From the NCBI RefSeq assembly GCF_006345805.1, contig NC_043005.1:16554001-16618000 (forward strand): a stretch of DNA of 64,000 bases, in the 5' to 3' direction. The first letter of the stretch is position 1. Every line of letters starts with the position of its first letter. The position numbers and the translations under genes are program-made. Positions 25,026 through 37,859 of this stretch are shown piece by piece. The notes below the pieces were generated by a model. The model saw only the letters and a list, made by a program, of their open reading frames with translations, ran no database searches and was not told where the DNA came from. Source of the stretch: Octopus sinensis. Lineage: Eukaryota.

Positions 25026-25400
25026 CCTGTTTCAGTCATTTGACTGTGGCCATGCTGGAGCACCGCCTTTAGTCAAGCAAATCGACCCCGGCACTTATTC
25101 TTTGTAAGCCCAGTACTTATTCTATCGGTCTCTTTTGCTGTGACGGGGACATAAACACACCAGCATCGGTTGTCAAGCAATGCTAGGGGGACAAACACAC
25201 ACACATACACACATATACATATATATATACATATATACGACAGACTTCTTTCAGTTTCCGTCTCCCAAATCCACTCACAAGGCATTGGTCGTCCCGGGAC
25301 TATAGCAGAAGACACTTGCCCAAGATGCCATGCAGTGGGACTGAACCTGGAACCATGTGGTTGGTTAGCAAGTTACTTACCACACAGCCACTCCTGCACC
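25026..25400 (-). mobile_element. SINE family A
   Basis: Full-length homology. Confidence 0.9.
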
Positions 25401-25576
25401 TGTACTGTTTATTTTTAATGACCATTGAAATTTCTCAGGAACATCATCACACACACACACACACCACACACACACACACACACACAAAGGAAAACAATAA
25501 TCAAATTAGTGTTAGTTCACTGCATAAGTATAGTTGATGCAGATGCGATGAATAAACCAAATCTTTATGTGCTGGT

Positions 25577-25915
25577 GTGAAGGCGCATGCCTCAGTGGTT
25601 AGAGCATCGAGCTTACAATCGTGAGGTTGTGAGTTCGAATCCCGGACCAGGCTACATGTTGTGTTCTTGAGCAAGACACTTTATTTCACATTGCTCCAGT
25701 TCACTCAGCTGTAGAAATGAGTTGCGACGTCACAGGTGCCAAGCTGTATTGACCTTTGCCTTTCCCTTGGATAACATCAGTGGTGTGGAGATGGGGAGGC
25801 CGGTATGCATGGGCGACTGCTGGTCTTCCATAAACAACCTTGCTCGGACTTGTGCCTGGGAGGGTGACTTTCAAGGTGCAATCCCATGGTCAGTCATGAC
25901 CGAAGCATCTATGCG
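25577..25915 (+). mobile_element. tRNA-derived SINE family C2
   Basis: A box CTCAGTGGTTAG and B box GTTCGAATCCC; close copy at 37121-37445. Confidence 0.85.
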
Positions 25916-27461
25916 AGCACCACGTGAAAAGCAGCCAATCCACTCTGTAAAGTGGTTGGCATTAGGAAAGGCATCAAGTTGTAGAAACCATGTCAGAACA
26001 GATTACAAGAGCCTGGTGCAGCCCTCCAGCTTGCCAGCTGCCGTCAAACTATCCAACCGGTACAAGCATGGAAAACAGACATTAAATGATGATGATGATG
26101 ATGATGAAGGAGGAGGAGGAGGAGGAGAGCATCACTTTGCAGTGTTTGTTCCAGCTTTGTGTGTTCTGAAACCAGATTTCACCGGTGTCAGCTCTATCTT
26201 TCCTCATTATGAGATCAACTGGAATTGATTCTTCTCTCTCTCTCTCTCTCATTCTCTGTCTCTCTCTCTCTCTTTTTCTCTCTCTCTCTTCTTGTATCTA
26301 TCTATCTGTCACTTTCTCTCTAGGCTGCATCAGTAATTCTAACATCCACCTTCATCACGTTGTATAACACTGCTTCAGCCTGAGGATCACATTAAGTGTA
26401 CATATATGCCTGTGGAATACTCATCGAATTACACATTAATTTCACAAGTAGGAATTCAGTCCAATGAAGAACTGAATTGCTCATCATCATATAAAATCAA
26501 TAAAGAATCCACTGTTTAATTAAATAAATCCACTACTACTAATTAAATTGCGATTTTTATTACTCGTTATGTCAAGTATAATGGCAATACATTTGGGTTT
26601 TATTACCAAAATCTGTAATAAACATAAAAGACAATCCTTCCTATGTCATGTTTTATTAACACTTCAGAGAGAGGTTGCTAAGGTATCATTGGACTAGCTA
26701 GAAATAGCAGCCAAATATCTCTCTCCCTCTCTTACTCTAGCTTGACATAATAAAGATAATGTTCTTAGCCTTAGATGTATTCAGTCTATTACTGCCGTAA
26801 AAGGAATCTTTTATAATCTAGGAACAAGGCCCAAAATTTTTGAGGAGGAGGCCAGTCAAGTAGATTGACTCCAGTATGCAACTGCTACTTAATTTATTGA
26901 CCCCAAAAAGATGAAAGGCAAAGTCAACCTCGGTAGAATTTGAACCCAGAATGTAAAGACAGACGAAATGCTACTAAGCATTTCACTTGGTGTGCTAATG
27001 TTTCTGCCAGCTCGCCACCCAAGACTCATGTAAAATATCCTTTTCTACTCTAAGCTTAAGGCTTAAAATTTTGGGAGAGAGGCCCAGTTGATTAGATCAA
27101 GCCCAGTACTTGACTGGTACTTGATTCATTGACCCTGAAATGAATTCTTAACTAATCCGTAAAAGACCAAATGCAGATTTGTTAAAAAAAAGTTAAATGA
27201 GTTAAAAAAAAGAAAAAAACAATGTTAATGACCCTTGTTAGATCTCAAAGACCAGTGGGAGCAAGAAGGAAGCAAGAAACCCTGAATTGTGATTTAGGGG
27301 ATTTTATATTGTGTAGCAAACTAAATGAGTATCTGCCTTTATAATTCAACTGTTAATGATGATGATATTAATAGTCACTGAAGCATCTAGATAACCCTTG
27401 GAGTGGTTAGTCCATATTATTCATTAAGGAGCATAGGGCTGGTTTCCCAGTTTTTCTGACA

Positions 27462-27775
27462 TGACTTAGTGGTTAGAGTATTTTGCTCAGGATCATAAGG
27501 CCATGAGTTCAATTCCCGGTGACACATTGTGTTCTTGAGCAAGACACTTTATTTCACTTTGCTCCAGTCCACTCACTGGAAAAAGTGAGTAGTACCTGCA
27601 GTTCAAAAGGGCCAGCATTATCATATTCTGTGTCACACTGAATCCCTCGGAGAACAATGTTAAGGATATGTATGTCTGAGGAGTGCTCAGCCACTTGCAC
27701 ATTAACTTCACAAGCAGCTGTTCCATTGATCAGATCAACTGGAACCTTCACCATAGTAACCGACAGAGTGCCAAT
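27462..27775 (+). mobile_element. tRNA-derived SINE (C2-type head with family C 3' body)
   Basis: 5' part matches 25577-25700; 3' part matches 5890-6070. Confidence 0.75.
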
Positions 27776-28703
27776 TATTCCTCCAAGGATGGGACACCGG
27801 TCCATCACAGCTGAATGGACTGGAGTGACATGAAATGAAGAGTCTTGCTCAAGAACACAATGCATTGCCTTGTCCGGGAATCAAAACCACAATCTTATAA
27901 TCAAGAGTTCAACACCCTAACCACTAAGCCATGTGCCTCCACATATCCCACAGAGTAACTTGTGGGGTAAATACTCCATATTTTCTTTAAGCAGTCCATC
28001 TAAGATCCATTCTTCTAATCTCTTAAATCCAAGTCATAGTGTCTTTTGCATGTCTAGATTCATCTGCTGGTGGCACGTAAAAAGCACCAACCGTTCGTGG
28101 CCGTTGCCAGCCTTCACTGGCACCAGTGCCAGTGGCACGCAAAAAGCATCCACTACACTCACGCAGTGGTTGGCGTTAGGAAGGGCATCCAGCTGTAGAA
28201 ACACTACCAGATCAGAATGGAGCCTGGTGCAGCCTCCTGGTCTCCCAGACCCCAGTTGAACCGTCCAACCCATGCTAGCATGGGAAACAGATATTAAACT
28301 ATGATGATGATATAAAAGGCATGATGTATGTGTGTGTGTGTTCGTGAATGTAATTTATGCACGTCCACAAATAAGCACGCATGTCGCTCCAATTTTAGGA
28401 GGAGATTCATCATGACCCTAGCTGTATTTTCGTCAACTTATTTTTACCAGAGGCGCCAGCGAATAATGATGAAAATAAATTTTCAACCAAAACTTTTAAA
28501 CATTTTCAAGTCAGAGAAATCACCATTGTTGGCAAACGGGAGTTAAGTCCCCTTCTAGCGATGAGTAAGTTTTTTGTTAAGACTTTTGTTGTTTTTTTCC
28601 ATCAAAGAAAAAAGTGTTTTGTTGATATACGGGCAACACACAACACACACTGACACACACGAACATGTATACAATAGGTGTACGTACGTATGTGTGTGTG
28701 TTG

Positions 28704-28752
<49 letters not shown>

Positions 28753-29161
28753 CTCTTTTTACTCTTTTATTTGTTTCAGTCATTTGACTGCGGCCATGCT
28801 GGAGCACCACCTTTAGTCGAGCAAATCGACGCCGGGACTTATTCTTTCTAAGCCCAGTACTTATTCTATCGGTCTCTTTTGCTGAACCGCTAAGTGACGG
28901 GGACGTAAACACACCAGCATCGGTTGTCAAGCAACGCTAGGGGGACAAACACAGACACACAAACATATACACACACACTTATATATATATATACATATAT
29001 ACGACAGGCTTCTTTCAGTTTCCGTCTACCAAATCCACTCACAAGGCATTGGTCGGCCCAGGGCTATAGCAGAAGACACTTGCCCAAGATGTCACGCAGT
29101 GGGACTGAACCCGGAACCATATGGTTGGTTAGCAAGCTACTTACCACACAGCCACTCCTGC

Positions 29162-29164
<3 letters not shown>
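28753..29164 (-). mobile_element. SINE family A
   Basis: Full-length homology. Confidence 0.9.
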
Positions 29165-29194
<30 letters not shown>

Positions 29195-29199
<5 letters not shown>

Positions 29200-29319
29200 A
29201 ATTTCAACAGATTTCGCCCAAATTTGACGTTGATGTAACTTAGTTTGGTTTGAAATAAAGAACTTGATTAGCTTAATAATCCTAACTTAATCCCAAGCAA
29301 AGCTGGGTTATACTGCTAG
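29195..29319 (+). mobile_element. Helitron 3' end fragment
   Basis: Hairpin CCCAAGCAAAGCTGGG (29292-29307) followed by TTATACTG-CTAG|T. Confidence 0.6.
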
Positions 29320-30207
29320 TTTACTATATATGTATGTCTGAAAAGACCATATATGTATATAGCATTAGTAAAATAAAGTATTTTGTGCTATCTAAAGCAT
29401 GATATCGTATGCTTTATAAAACACACACACATATCAGCAAATTAACTGACAGGATTACATAATTGCAGGTTGAAACATTATATAACTTTATTGATTCACC
29501 CCTACAGTGTTCAGCAGAAAATACAAAGAATGCTGCTAAGTGCACAATAAATATCCCCATTATGCAAATTATTAACTAAACATCTAACGTAAAAAACACT
29601 TTTTTTCCTTTACTTCATTGCTTTTATATGAAAACTAATATGAAAAATATCTTAAGCAAATCAGGTTATGTTGGGGGTTTCTGGTTTATTTATTTATTTA
29701 TCCTTTTTTGTATATCTGACAAAATTTCCATATCTTAATGTAAGACTGGTTGTATATCTATAATTTCTTTTTTTTTTTTTGTATTTGTGCACTTGTGTTT
29801 TTTTTGTTAATGGGTACCTGAAAACAAATTGATTTTTGAGTGTTGTATACAATGCTAAAATACGATTTGTATCCAAAACCCATTATGGGAAACCAACATT
29901 TTATACTGTATTACATTCGATACTAAAAACAAAATATCAGTGTAAAGACACACACACACTGTTGTGTGTTAATACAGAAGCACTGGCATGGCTGTGTGGT
30001 TAAGAAGTTTGCTTCCTAACCATGTGGTCTTGAGTTCAATTCCACTGTTATACATTCAATGTTGTTACTTTCCAACTTTCCAAGGAAAAACATGCCTCAC
30101 CATGAGAAACACAAGGGCATCCAGATGTAGAAAATCTGTCTCAACAAATTCCATTTGATCTAGGCAAGCATGGAACAGTAAAGGTTCAATAATGATAATA
30201 ATTATGA

Positions 30208-30266
<59 letters not shown>

Positions 30267-30509
30267 CATATATGTGTGTAAAAGTAAAAAAATACAAACT
30301 GCGACAAGAACATGAAACATTAGAAGACGACACAAAAAACACGGACGGGACAGTCGAAGCCTTCAATCTTCAGTCAAGAACCGGATCATCTTCGCAATTT
30401 CGGCTGATTAATCTTGAATATATATATATATATACAGTCCTTTGGCTGCTATTTCTAATATTTTTGGCATGTGGTTTAAGCAACTTGTTGCAAAACACCC
30501 TTATTATTA

Positions 30510-30551
<42 letters not shown>

Positions 30552-30649
30552 AGTGATGTCGTTATTTCATGTTTTTCCATGGTATGTTTTGCTCCTTCGT
30601 TTATTTTCAGTGCTTAACCGGTGTTTGTTTATATCGGAAGGTTTGTTAC

Positions 30650-30940
30650 GTAAAAGTAGAATTTTGGAATTTTGGAATTGGTGGATAAATAACTTCTTTA
30701 TTTGTGAATTAAGGCTACCATTGGTTTCATGTTAAGCAATGTAGGAAAATATCCAAGTATCTTAACAATTTTTCAAGATGTTCACATGGAGAAAGGTATT
30801 CGCCTCCATTTTCGAATCCATGCGATCAGCTTGAAAAATTGTTAAGGTACTTGGATATTTTCCCACTCTTCTTAACAAGAAACCAATTGTAGCCTTAATT
30901 CACAAATAAAGAAGTTATTTATCCACCAATGTTCTACTTT

Positions 30941-30943
<3 letters not shown>
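30650..30943. repeat. Long inverted repeat, ~100-bp arms (30677-30777 / 30830-30930)
   Basis: Arms are reverse complements with few mismatches; ~52-bp spacer. Confidence 0.85.
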
Positions 30944-30971
<28 letters not shown>

Positions 30972-31310
30972 CTTTTATCTTTTATTTGTTTCAGTCATTA
31001 GACTGCGGCCATACTGGGGCACTGTATGGAATTTTTAATCGAATAAGTCAAACCCCGTACTTCATTTTTAAGCCTGGTACATATTTTATCAGTCCCTTTC
31101 ACTGGACTGCTAAGTTACAGGGATGTAAACACATAAAGACTAATTGTCAAGTGGCAGTGGCAGGACAAACAGAGACACATACACACACATACATATATTA
31201 ATTACTGGTGAAGGCCAGTTTATAGGGTTACTCGCCTGGGTTTCTCGTCATAAAGGGTACCTTCATGGCATTTCTGCAGACCATAAGATAAATATATCTA
31301 TATATTCTTC

Positions 31311-31668
31311 TATTTTTCACTTGTTTCAGTCATTTGATTGTGGCCAAGCTGGAGCACTGCCTTTTAGTCAAAGAAATCACCCCCACCCCAGGACTTATTC
31401 TTTGTAAGCCTAGTACTTATTCTATCAGTCTCTTTTGCCAAACTGCTAAGTTATGGGGATGTAAACACATCAACATCGGTTGTCAAGTGAAGGTGGGGAG
31501 ACAAACACACACACACATATACAAAAGCTTCTTTCAGTTTCCGTCTAACAAATCCACTCACAAGGCTTTGGTCGGCCCGAAACTATAGTAGAAGACATTA
31601 GCCCAAGGTTCCATGCAGTGGAATTGAACCCAGAACCATGTGGTTAGGAAGCAAGCTTCTTACCATGC
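31311..31668 (-). mobile_element. SINE family A (diverged); another 3' fragment at 30971-31190
   Basis: Homology to family A. Confidence 0.8.
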
Positions 31669-32394
31669 AGAAACAAAAAAATTTTACTTAAAATATTTAT
31701 ATTATTTTTTCTAATCTCATTTTACACAATTTTTTTTTTCAATCACTGAGTTTAGTTTTTCAAACGGTATTACAAAATTTTTTTGCTAGCAAGTGATGCT
31801 TCAATATTCTTCCTAACACTGCAGTAGGTTTTGCTTGCTTTCTCAACAACATGTATTTAAGGACTGATTCTTTATGAACAGTCTCTTTTGAGATGTCTGT
31901 TGACGATCAAACATCAGTTGTTATTAGTATAATGCTGTTTGCTAAAAACACAAGGTCATATCTTGACACAATAATATTATATATATATTTAATTTTTAAT
32001 TTGCCTAGCCTGAGCAAAGTTCAGAAAGTTCTTACCTCTCCTGGTGACAAAGGGTTCTCGCTCAGAGTAAAAGGTAGACTGTATGACGCATGTGTACGAA
32101 GAGCCATAAATATATACATATGTACGTGTGTGCGTGCGTGTGTGTGTGCATACGTGCGTGTGTGCATGTATGTGTGCATGCATGCATGTATGTTTGCGTG
32201 CATGCATACATACACGGTGGCTGCCCCTCGTTATCAAGTATGGCCATTGCACAAAGTTTAATCAATGTTGTTATCATGCAATGCCTGTGCAAGAAGATTT
32301 TTTTTTTAAGTGAGGAAAGGCTGTGCACTGAGTCAATCCCACTCACTAAGCAACAGCAGCCATAATCCAAAAAGGAGAACAAGTCAACATCATC

Positions 32395-32740
32395 GGTAAC
32401 CACTGAGCCGCAGGTTTTATGTCGGAGTTATCCCAGTTACCTGAGTTACCTTCTCCTAGAAGGATGCCCTAACAAAGGCTGGGAGTCCTTCACTCCTAAT
32501 GGTTTAACCACGCGATCGAGTATTCAGTCCGATTATTTCTATGTCCCGCGCATGATACAGCCTTAAGACATTTATTGGATGGCCGTTGACTCTCAAGAGT
32601 TCTTCCGCCCTTTGACGGGTTTTATTTTTCTTCCCGCAGGGTGTCCAATAAACACCCTCCTCACCAAGCAAGCTTGGTGGGGTTGCCGGTTTAGTCGCCG
32701 ACAACCGGACGATGCAACAGGTTGTACTGGGTTATATGTT
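32395..32740 (-). mobile_element. Probable RTE-clade LINE 5' UTR fragment
   Basis: GC-richer block with GTTAGGGCATCCTTCTAGGAGAAGGTAACTC, resembling RTE 5' regions (recognition only). Confidence 0.45.
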
Positions 32741-33083
32741 ACATGATACATACATACATATATACTTTTATCACAGCTGCAAAATTATCACAAAAACTGT
32801 TTTTCTGATAAATTTGCAGCTTTGAAAAAAGCATATTACTCTACCTTTGGTATTCAAGTACTATTTTTCCACCTTGTTTTGCAATCATGTGTTCACCTTT
32901 GTGTGTGTGTATATATATATATGGAGAGAGAGAGAGAGGGAGAGAGAGGGGGAGAGAGAGAGAGAGGGAGGGAGAGGGAGAGAGAGAGAGAGAGTTATTG
33001 CAATCTCTTTATTTTCAAGTGTCCAGTTGCATTTAGTTTAATATATTCAATTATAATTACTCTAAATTGTTTTGTTTTATATA

Positions 33084-33114
<31 letters not shown>

Positions 33115-33130
33115 CGTACATATATATATA

Positions 33131-33212
<82 letters not shown>

Positions 33213-33668
33213 CAAATCAAAAATAAAAAACAGGAAAAACAAGAAAAGTCAATTAGACATACCCAGTTAATATATTAAATTGACACTTGAAGTATAATAG
33301 AACTTACTGAAGCAAGATAGGATTCTAAAATGATCATTAGTGTATTGTAATATAGAAAATCCATATCTGGAGATCGATAAGTATAGTTATCAATAGTACA
33401 CATGCACACTGGAGCTATAAACAAAGAGAAGAATCAGGAAACCCTTTACAAAATGTACAGGAAAATAGAGCAAGAGAACCAATCAGATTTTGAGAAAAAA
33501 ATTCAGATAAAGGATACTGGGGGGGGGGGGGGTAAGAAACCTTCAATGACACACTTGCAAGGTCTTACTTTCACACTCTCTTTCTCTTTTGGACAATTAT
33601 AACCAAGAAATTACTTCAAGGAAGGGATTTAAAACACTTTGACCTTTTAGCATTTAAACTGGCCTTAA

Positions 33669-33853
33669 CCCTTTAGTGTTCAGATTATTCTGAATTAATC
33701 ATGTATTTTCTCATATCTTCAAGATCTTGATGGTGTAATTACTTAATGTAGAATAACATTGTAGGGTAGGTGTGAGAGCCTGGATCTGGTCAGTTTGAGC
33801 ATAAAACAGATTAAATATTTTGGCCGGATATGGCCGGTTTAAATACTAAAGGG
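33669..33853. mobile_element. piggyBac-like MITE, subfamily 1
   Basis: TTAA|CCCTTTAGT...ACTAAAGGG|TTAA: TTAA target duplication on both sides. Confidence 0.8.
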
Positions 33854-33869
33854 TTAACCAGCTCAAATA

Positions 33870-34250
33870 GGCATAGGAGTGGCTATGTGGTAAGTAGTTT
33901 GCTTACGAACTACATGGTTCCGGGTTCAGTCCCACTGCGTGGCACCTTGGGCAAGTGTCTTCTGCTATAGCCTTGGGCCGACCAAAGCCTTGTGAGTGCA
34001 TTTGGTAGACGGAAACTGAAAGAAGCCCATCGTATATGTATATATAAATGTATGTGTGTGTATATGTTTGTGTGTCTGTGTTTGTTCCCTCCTACATCGC
34101 TTGACAATCGATGCCGGTGTGTTTACGTCCCTGTAACTTAGCGGTTCAGCAAAAGAGACCGATAGAATAAGTTTTAGGCTTACAAAGAATAAGTCCTGGG
34201 ATCGATTTGCTCGACTAAAGGCGGTGCTCCAGCATGGCCACAGTCAAATG
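33870..34250 (+). mobile_element. SINE family A, tail rearranged
   Basis: Full head and body; 3' end reappears inverted at 34401-34484. Confidence 0.9.
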
Positions 34251-34930
34251 TAATGCTTATTTATTCACATTGTTTTTACAATTAATCATGCATTATCTTG
34301 TTGCTTTGAGATTTTCATGATGTGAGTGTATGTATTTAGAATGACATTGTAGGATTTGTGTGAGAGGCCAAATCTGGCCAGCTTGAATGTAAAACATACC
34401 CTTTTACTTGTTTCAGTCATTTGACTGTGGCCATGCTGGAGCACCGCCTTTAGTCGAGCAAATCGATCCCAGGACTTATTCTTTATAATTACTCTAAATC
34501 CTTTCATAAGCTAAGTATCACTTAGAGTTCACATATCTGATTCCTCGGGCATTAAGCAGATATGAAATAACTTTCCACTTGGACAAGAACCTGGTTTATT
34601 ACGGGTAATGAAAAAAATGTTACTGACACCGATGTATATTTATAGGGAAGAGAAAATTTATAAGCCATGAACAATTAAATATTTAAAAATATAACAGGAT
34701 TTATTTATAAATGAATCTGATATTACTTTTTAAAAATTGCATTGTTTTCAGCTTGGAATGTGCCTATTCTGTAACATAATACACACTGCTTAGGACATGT
34801 TCACTCAAACATCATACATTAATACACTCATACACACAACAGGCTTCTTTCAGTTTCCATCAATCAAATCCATACATAGTGCTTCGGTCAGCTATAAGCT
34901 ATAGTAGATATAATAGCTATAAGCTATTAA

Positions 34931-35161
34931 GGCGGCGAGCTGGCAGAAACGTTATCGCGCCAGGCGAAATGCTTAGCGGTATTTCGTCTGTCGTTACGTT
35001 CTGAGTTCAAATTCCGCCGAGGTCGACTTTGCCTTTCATCCTCTCGGGGTTGATAAATAAAGTACCAGTTTCGCACTGGGGTCGATGTAATCGACTTAAT
35101 CCCTTTGTCTGTCCTTGTTTGTCCCCTCTATGTTTAGCCCCTTGTGAGTAGTAAAGAAATA
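34931..35161 (+). mobile_element. SINE family B nested in a family A fragment
   Basis: 16-bp direct repeat TATAAGCTATAGTAGA at 34893-34908 and 35162-35177. Confidence 0.85.
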
Positions 35162-35698
35162 TATAAGCTATAGTAGAAGACAGTTGCCCAGGGCACCATG
35201 GAGTGGGACTGAACCTGAAACAATTTGATTGCAAAGTAAACTTCTTAACCATACAGAAGCCCATCATGTGTGTGTCTGTGTAAGGGGTGGAACAGGTAGA
35301 TTATCAGCTTCGGTTGTTTCATAGCTCGCTGAAGTTCATTACACAAGTAGTAACATATTGAGGGTGATTCGTAAGCAGTTAGAATTTAAATGATAGACAT
35401 AGTTAAAATAGTAAGGGGACTTCTGAATTACCTGTGTGTGTGTGTGTGCCTGTGTGGATGCGAGCAAAAAAGTGCTTATGTCAACAGGTGTTCACATTCT
35501 CAGTGTTGAAGCAAAAATAGAAATTCGTATTACATTTCCTGTAAACAAATACATCCTATAGGGTGGCAATTTCTTGATGTGCAGAGCAGGAGGATGAAAA
35601 TTACACCTTTTAAAAATAAAAACAAAGGCACCCAAAGTGTAGACAACAGGAAGAACACCCAGCCATAGCAAAACTGCCTCAATATGTGTAATTAACAA

Positions 35699-36100
35699 GG
35701 CGGTGAGCTGGCAGAAATGCTTAGCCGTGTTTCATCAGTCTTTACATTCTGAGTTCAAATTCCGTCAAGGTTGACTTTGCCTTTCATCCTTTCCGGGTCA
35801 ATAAATTAAGTACCAGTTGCATACTGGGGTCGATCTAATCGACTGGCCCCGTCCCCCCAAAATTCAGGCCCTGTGCCTAGAGTAGAAAAGAATACAGAGC
35901 TGGCAGAAATGTTAGCACACTGGGAGAAAGCTTAGCAGTATTTCGTCTGTCTCTGCAGTCTGAGTTCAAATTCCGTCAAGGTCGACTTTGCCTTTCATTC
36001 TTTCGGGTCAATAAATTAAGTACCAGTTACATACTGGGGTTGATCTAATCGAGTGGCCCATTCCCCCAAAATTTTGGGCCTTGAGCTTAGAGTATAAAAG
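35699..36100 (+). mobile_element. SINE family B dimer (short-tail variant)
   Basis: Two consecutive units, each with a B box and a GGCC(T)TGTGCCTAGAGTAGAAAAG-type tail. Confidence 0.8.
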
Positions 36101-36295
36101 AAAATGTTGCTAAACTTATGCTAGCATGGAAGAAAAAAACATAAGATGAAGAAAGAGCTACTGTTACACATCGCTGGTCACAATGCGCTTTGCACTTTTT
36201 TGCTCAATAAACACTCACAACACCTGGTCTGGGAATCGAAACCGTGATCCTACGACTGCAAGTCCGCTGCCCTAACCACTGGGCCATTGCACCTC

Positions 36296-36368
<73 letters not shown>

Positions 36369-37025
36369 CATATATGGATATATGTACATGTTTATGCATC
36401 TGTGTTTATTATCCCCCACCTGATAACCGATACTGGTGTGTTTACATCCCTGTAACTTAGCAGTTTGGCAAAAGAGACCAATAGAATAAGTACTAGGTTT
36501 CAAGAATAAGTCCTGGGGTCGAATTGTTCAACTAAAGGTGGTGCTCCAGCATGGCCACAGTCTAATGACTGAAACAATTAAAAGAATAAAACAATATATG
36601 TAAAATCATATTTTATTAGTGCTATGTCCCTGAAACTGAGTGTGAAAAGTGTGAGCATCCTTGACTATATCAACTCAGATGTTTTAAAAGATACACATAT
36701 GTATTAAATGGCCTAATGAGAGTATTTTAATGGTAACTATCTATTCACAATCAACTATACTGATGCGGTCACAGGAGTGTGACGAAAGAACTCTGGCCGA
36801 AATAAGATTAAGATTAATGTAAAAAATAAATATCACTGAAGCAAAGTAACACCAAATACATAGTGCGTGTGTTTTTATTGGCTAAACTGGCAATATGACC
36901 ATTCCGAAATATAACAATATCTGTTTCAACACACGACTTCACATAAAAATTCTTGCACAACAAATATTTAAAAGTATATATATATTATATATATATACAC
37001 ACACACACACACATATATATATACA

Positions 37026-37059
<34 letters not shown>

Positions 37060-37120
37060 CATGCATATATATACATACATATACATATATATATATGACA
37101 TACATATACATATATATATA

Positions 37121-37445
37121 TGGCTCATTGGTTAGAGCGTCGAGCTTACGATCGTGAGGTTGTGAGCTCGAATCCCGGACGGGGCTGCGTGTGTGTTCTT
37201 GAGCAAGGCACTTTATTTCACGTTGCTCCAGTTCACTCAGCTGTAGAAATGAGTTGCGACGTCACAGGTGCCAAGCTGTATCGGCCCTTGCCTTTCCTTG
37301 GACAACATCGGTGACGTGGAGAGGGGAGGCCGTATGCATGGGCGACTGCTGGTCTTCCATAAAACAACCTTGCCCAGACTTGTGCCTCAGAGGGTATCTC
37401 TCTAGGTGCAAACCCATGGTCAGTGCCTGACCGAAGGGGGTCTTT
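37121..37445 (+). mobile_element. tRNA-derived SINE family C2
   Basis: High similarity to 25577-25915. Confidence 0.85.
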
Positions 37446-37593
37446 ACCCTTTCTTTACATATACATATATATATATGACATACATATATATACAGAAACA
37501 AATATACAAATAGTAAACTTACAATGACAGGTCATTTATGAATTCTATTTGCATCATGTATATACATGTGAGTGCATGTGTGTGCATGCATAC

Positions 37594-37639
<46 letters not shown>

Positions 37640-37859
37640 AATAAAATGGAAAAGAAATGTAGTGGATATTTATTTAATTCTATTTGTTTGCTAATGTTTT
37701 CATCATGATACAAATAAAATACAAATAAAATTAAATACGTATCCAAGATATTTCTTCTCCATTTTCTTATATTAATGTTAATACAATATTGGACAGTTTA
37801 TCCTTATATACTACGGAATTTTCTTTCCATATATAAATCAGTAACACCAGTTGATATCT

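Noticed and set aside
30340-30420. CTGAAGA and GAAA boxes on the minus strand
   Set aside because: Box order and stems do not give a consistent hammerhead fold; also rejected CTGANGA hits near 6223, 17750, 21999, 48313
32420-32520. HDV-like ribozyme in the RTE 5' region
   Set aside because: Expected by analogy with RTE elements, but I could not assemble P1/P1.1/P2/P3 by eye; needs an RNArobo or Infernal HDV search
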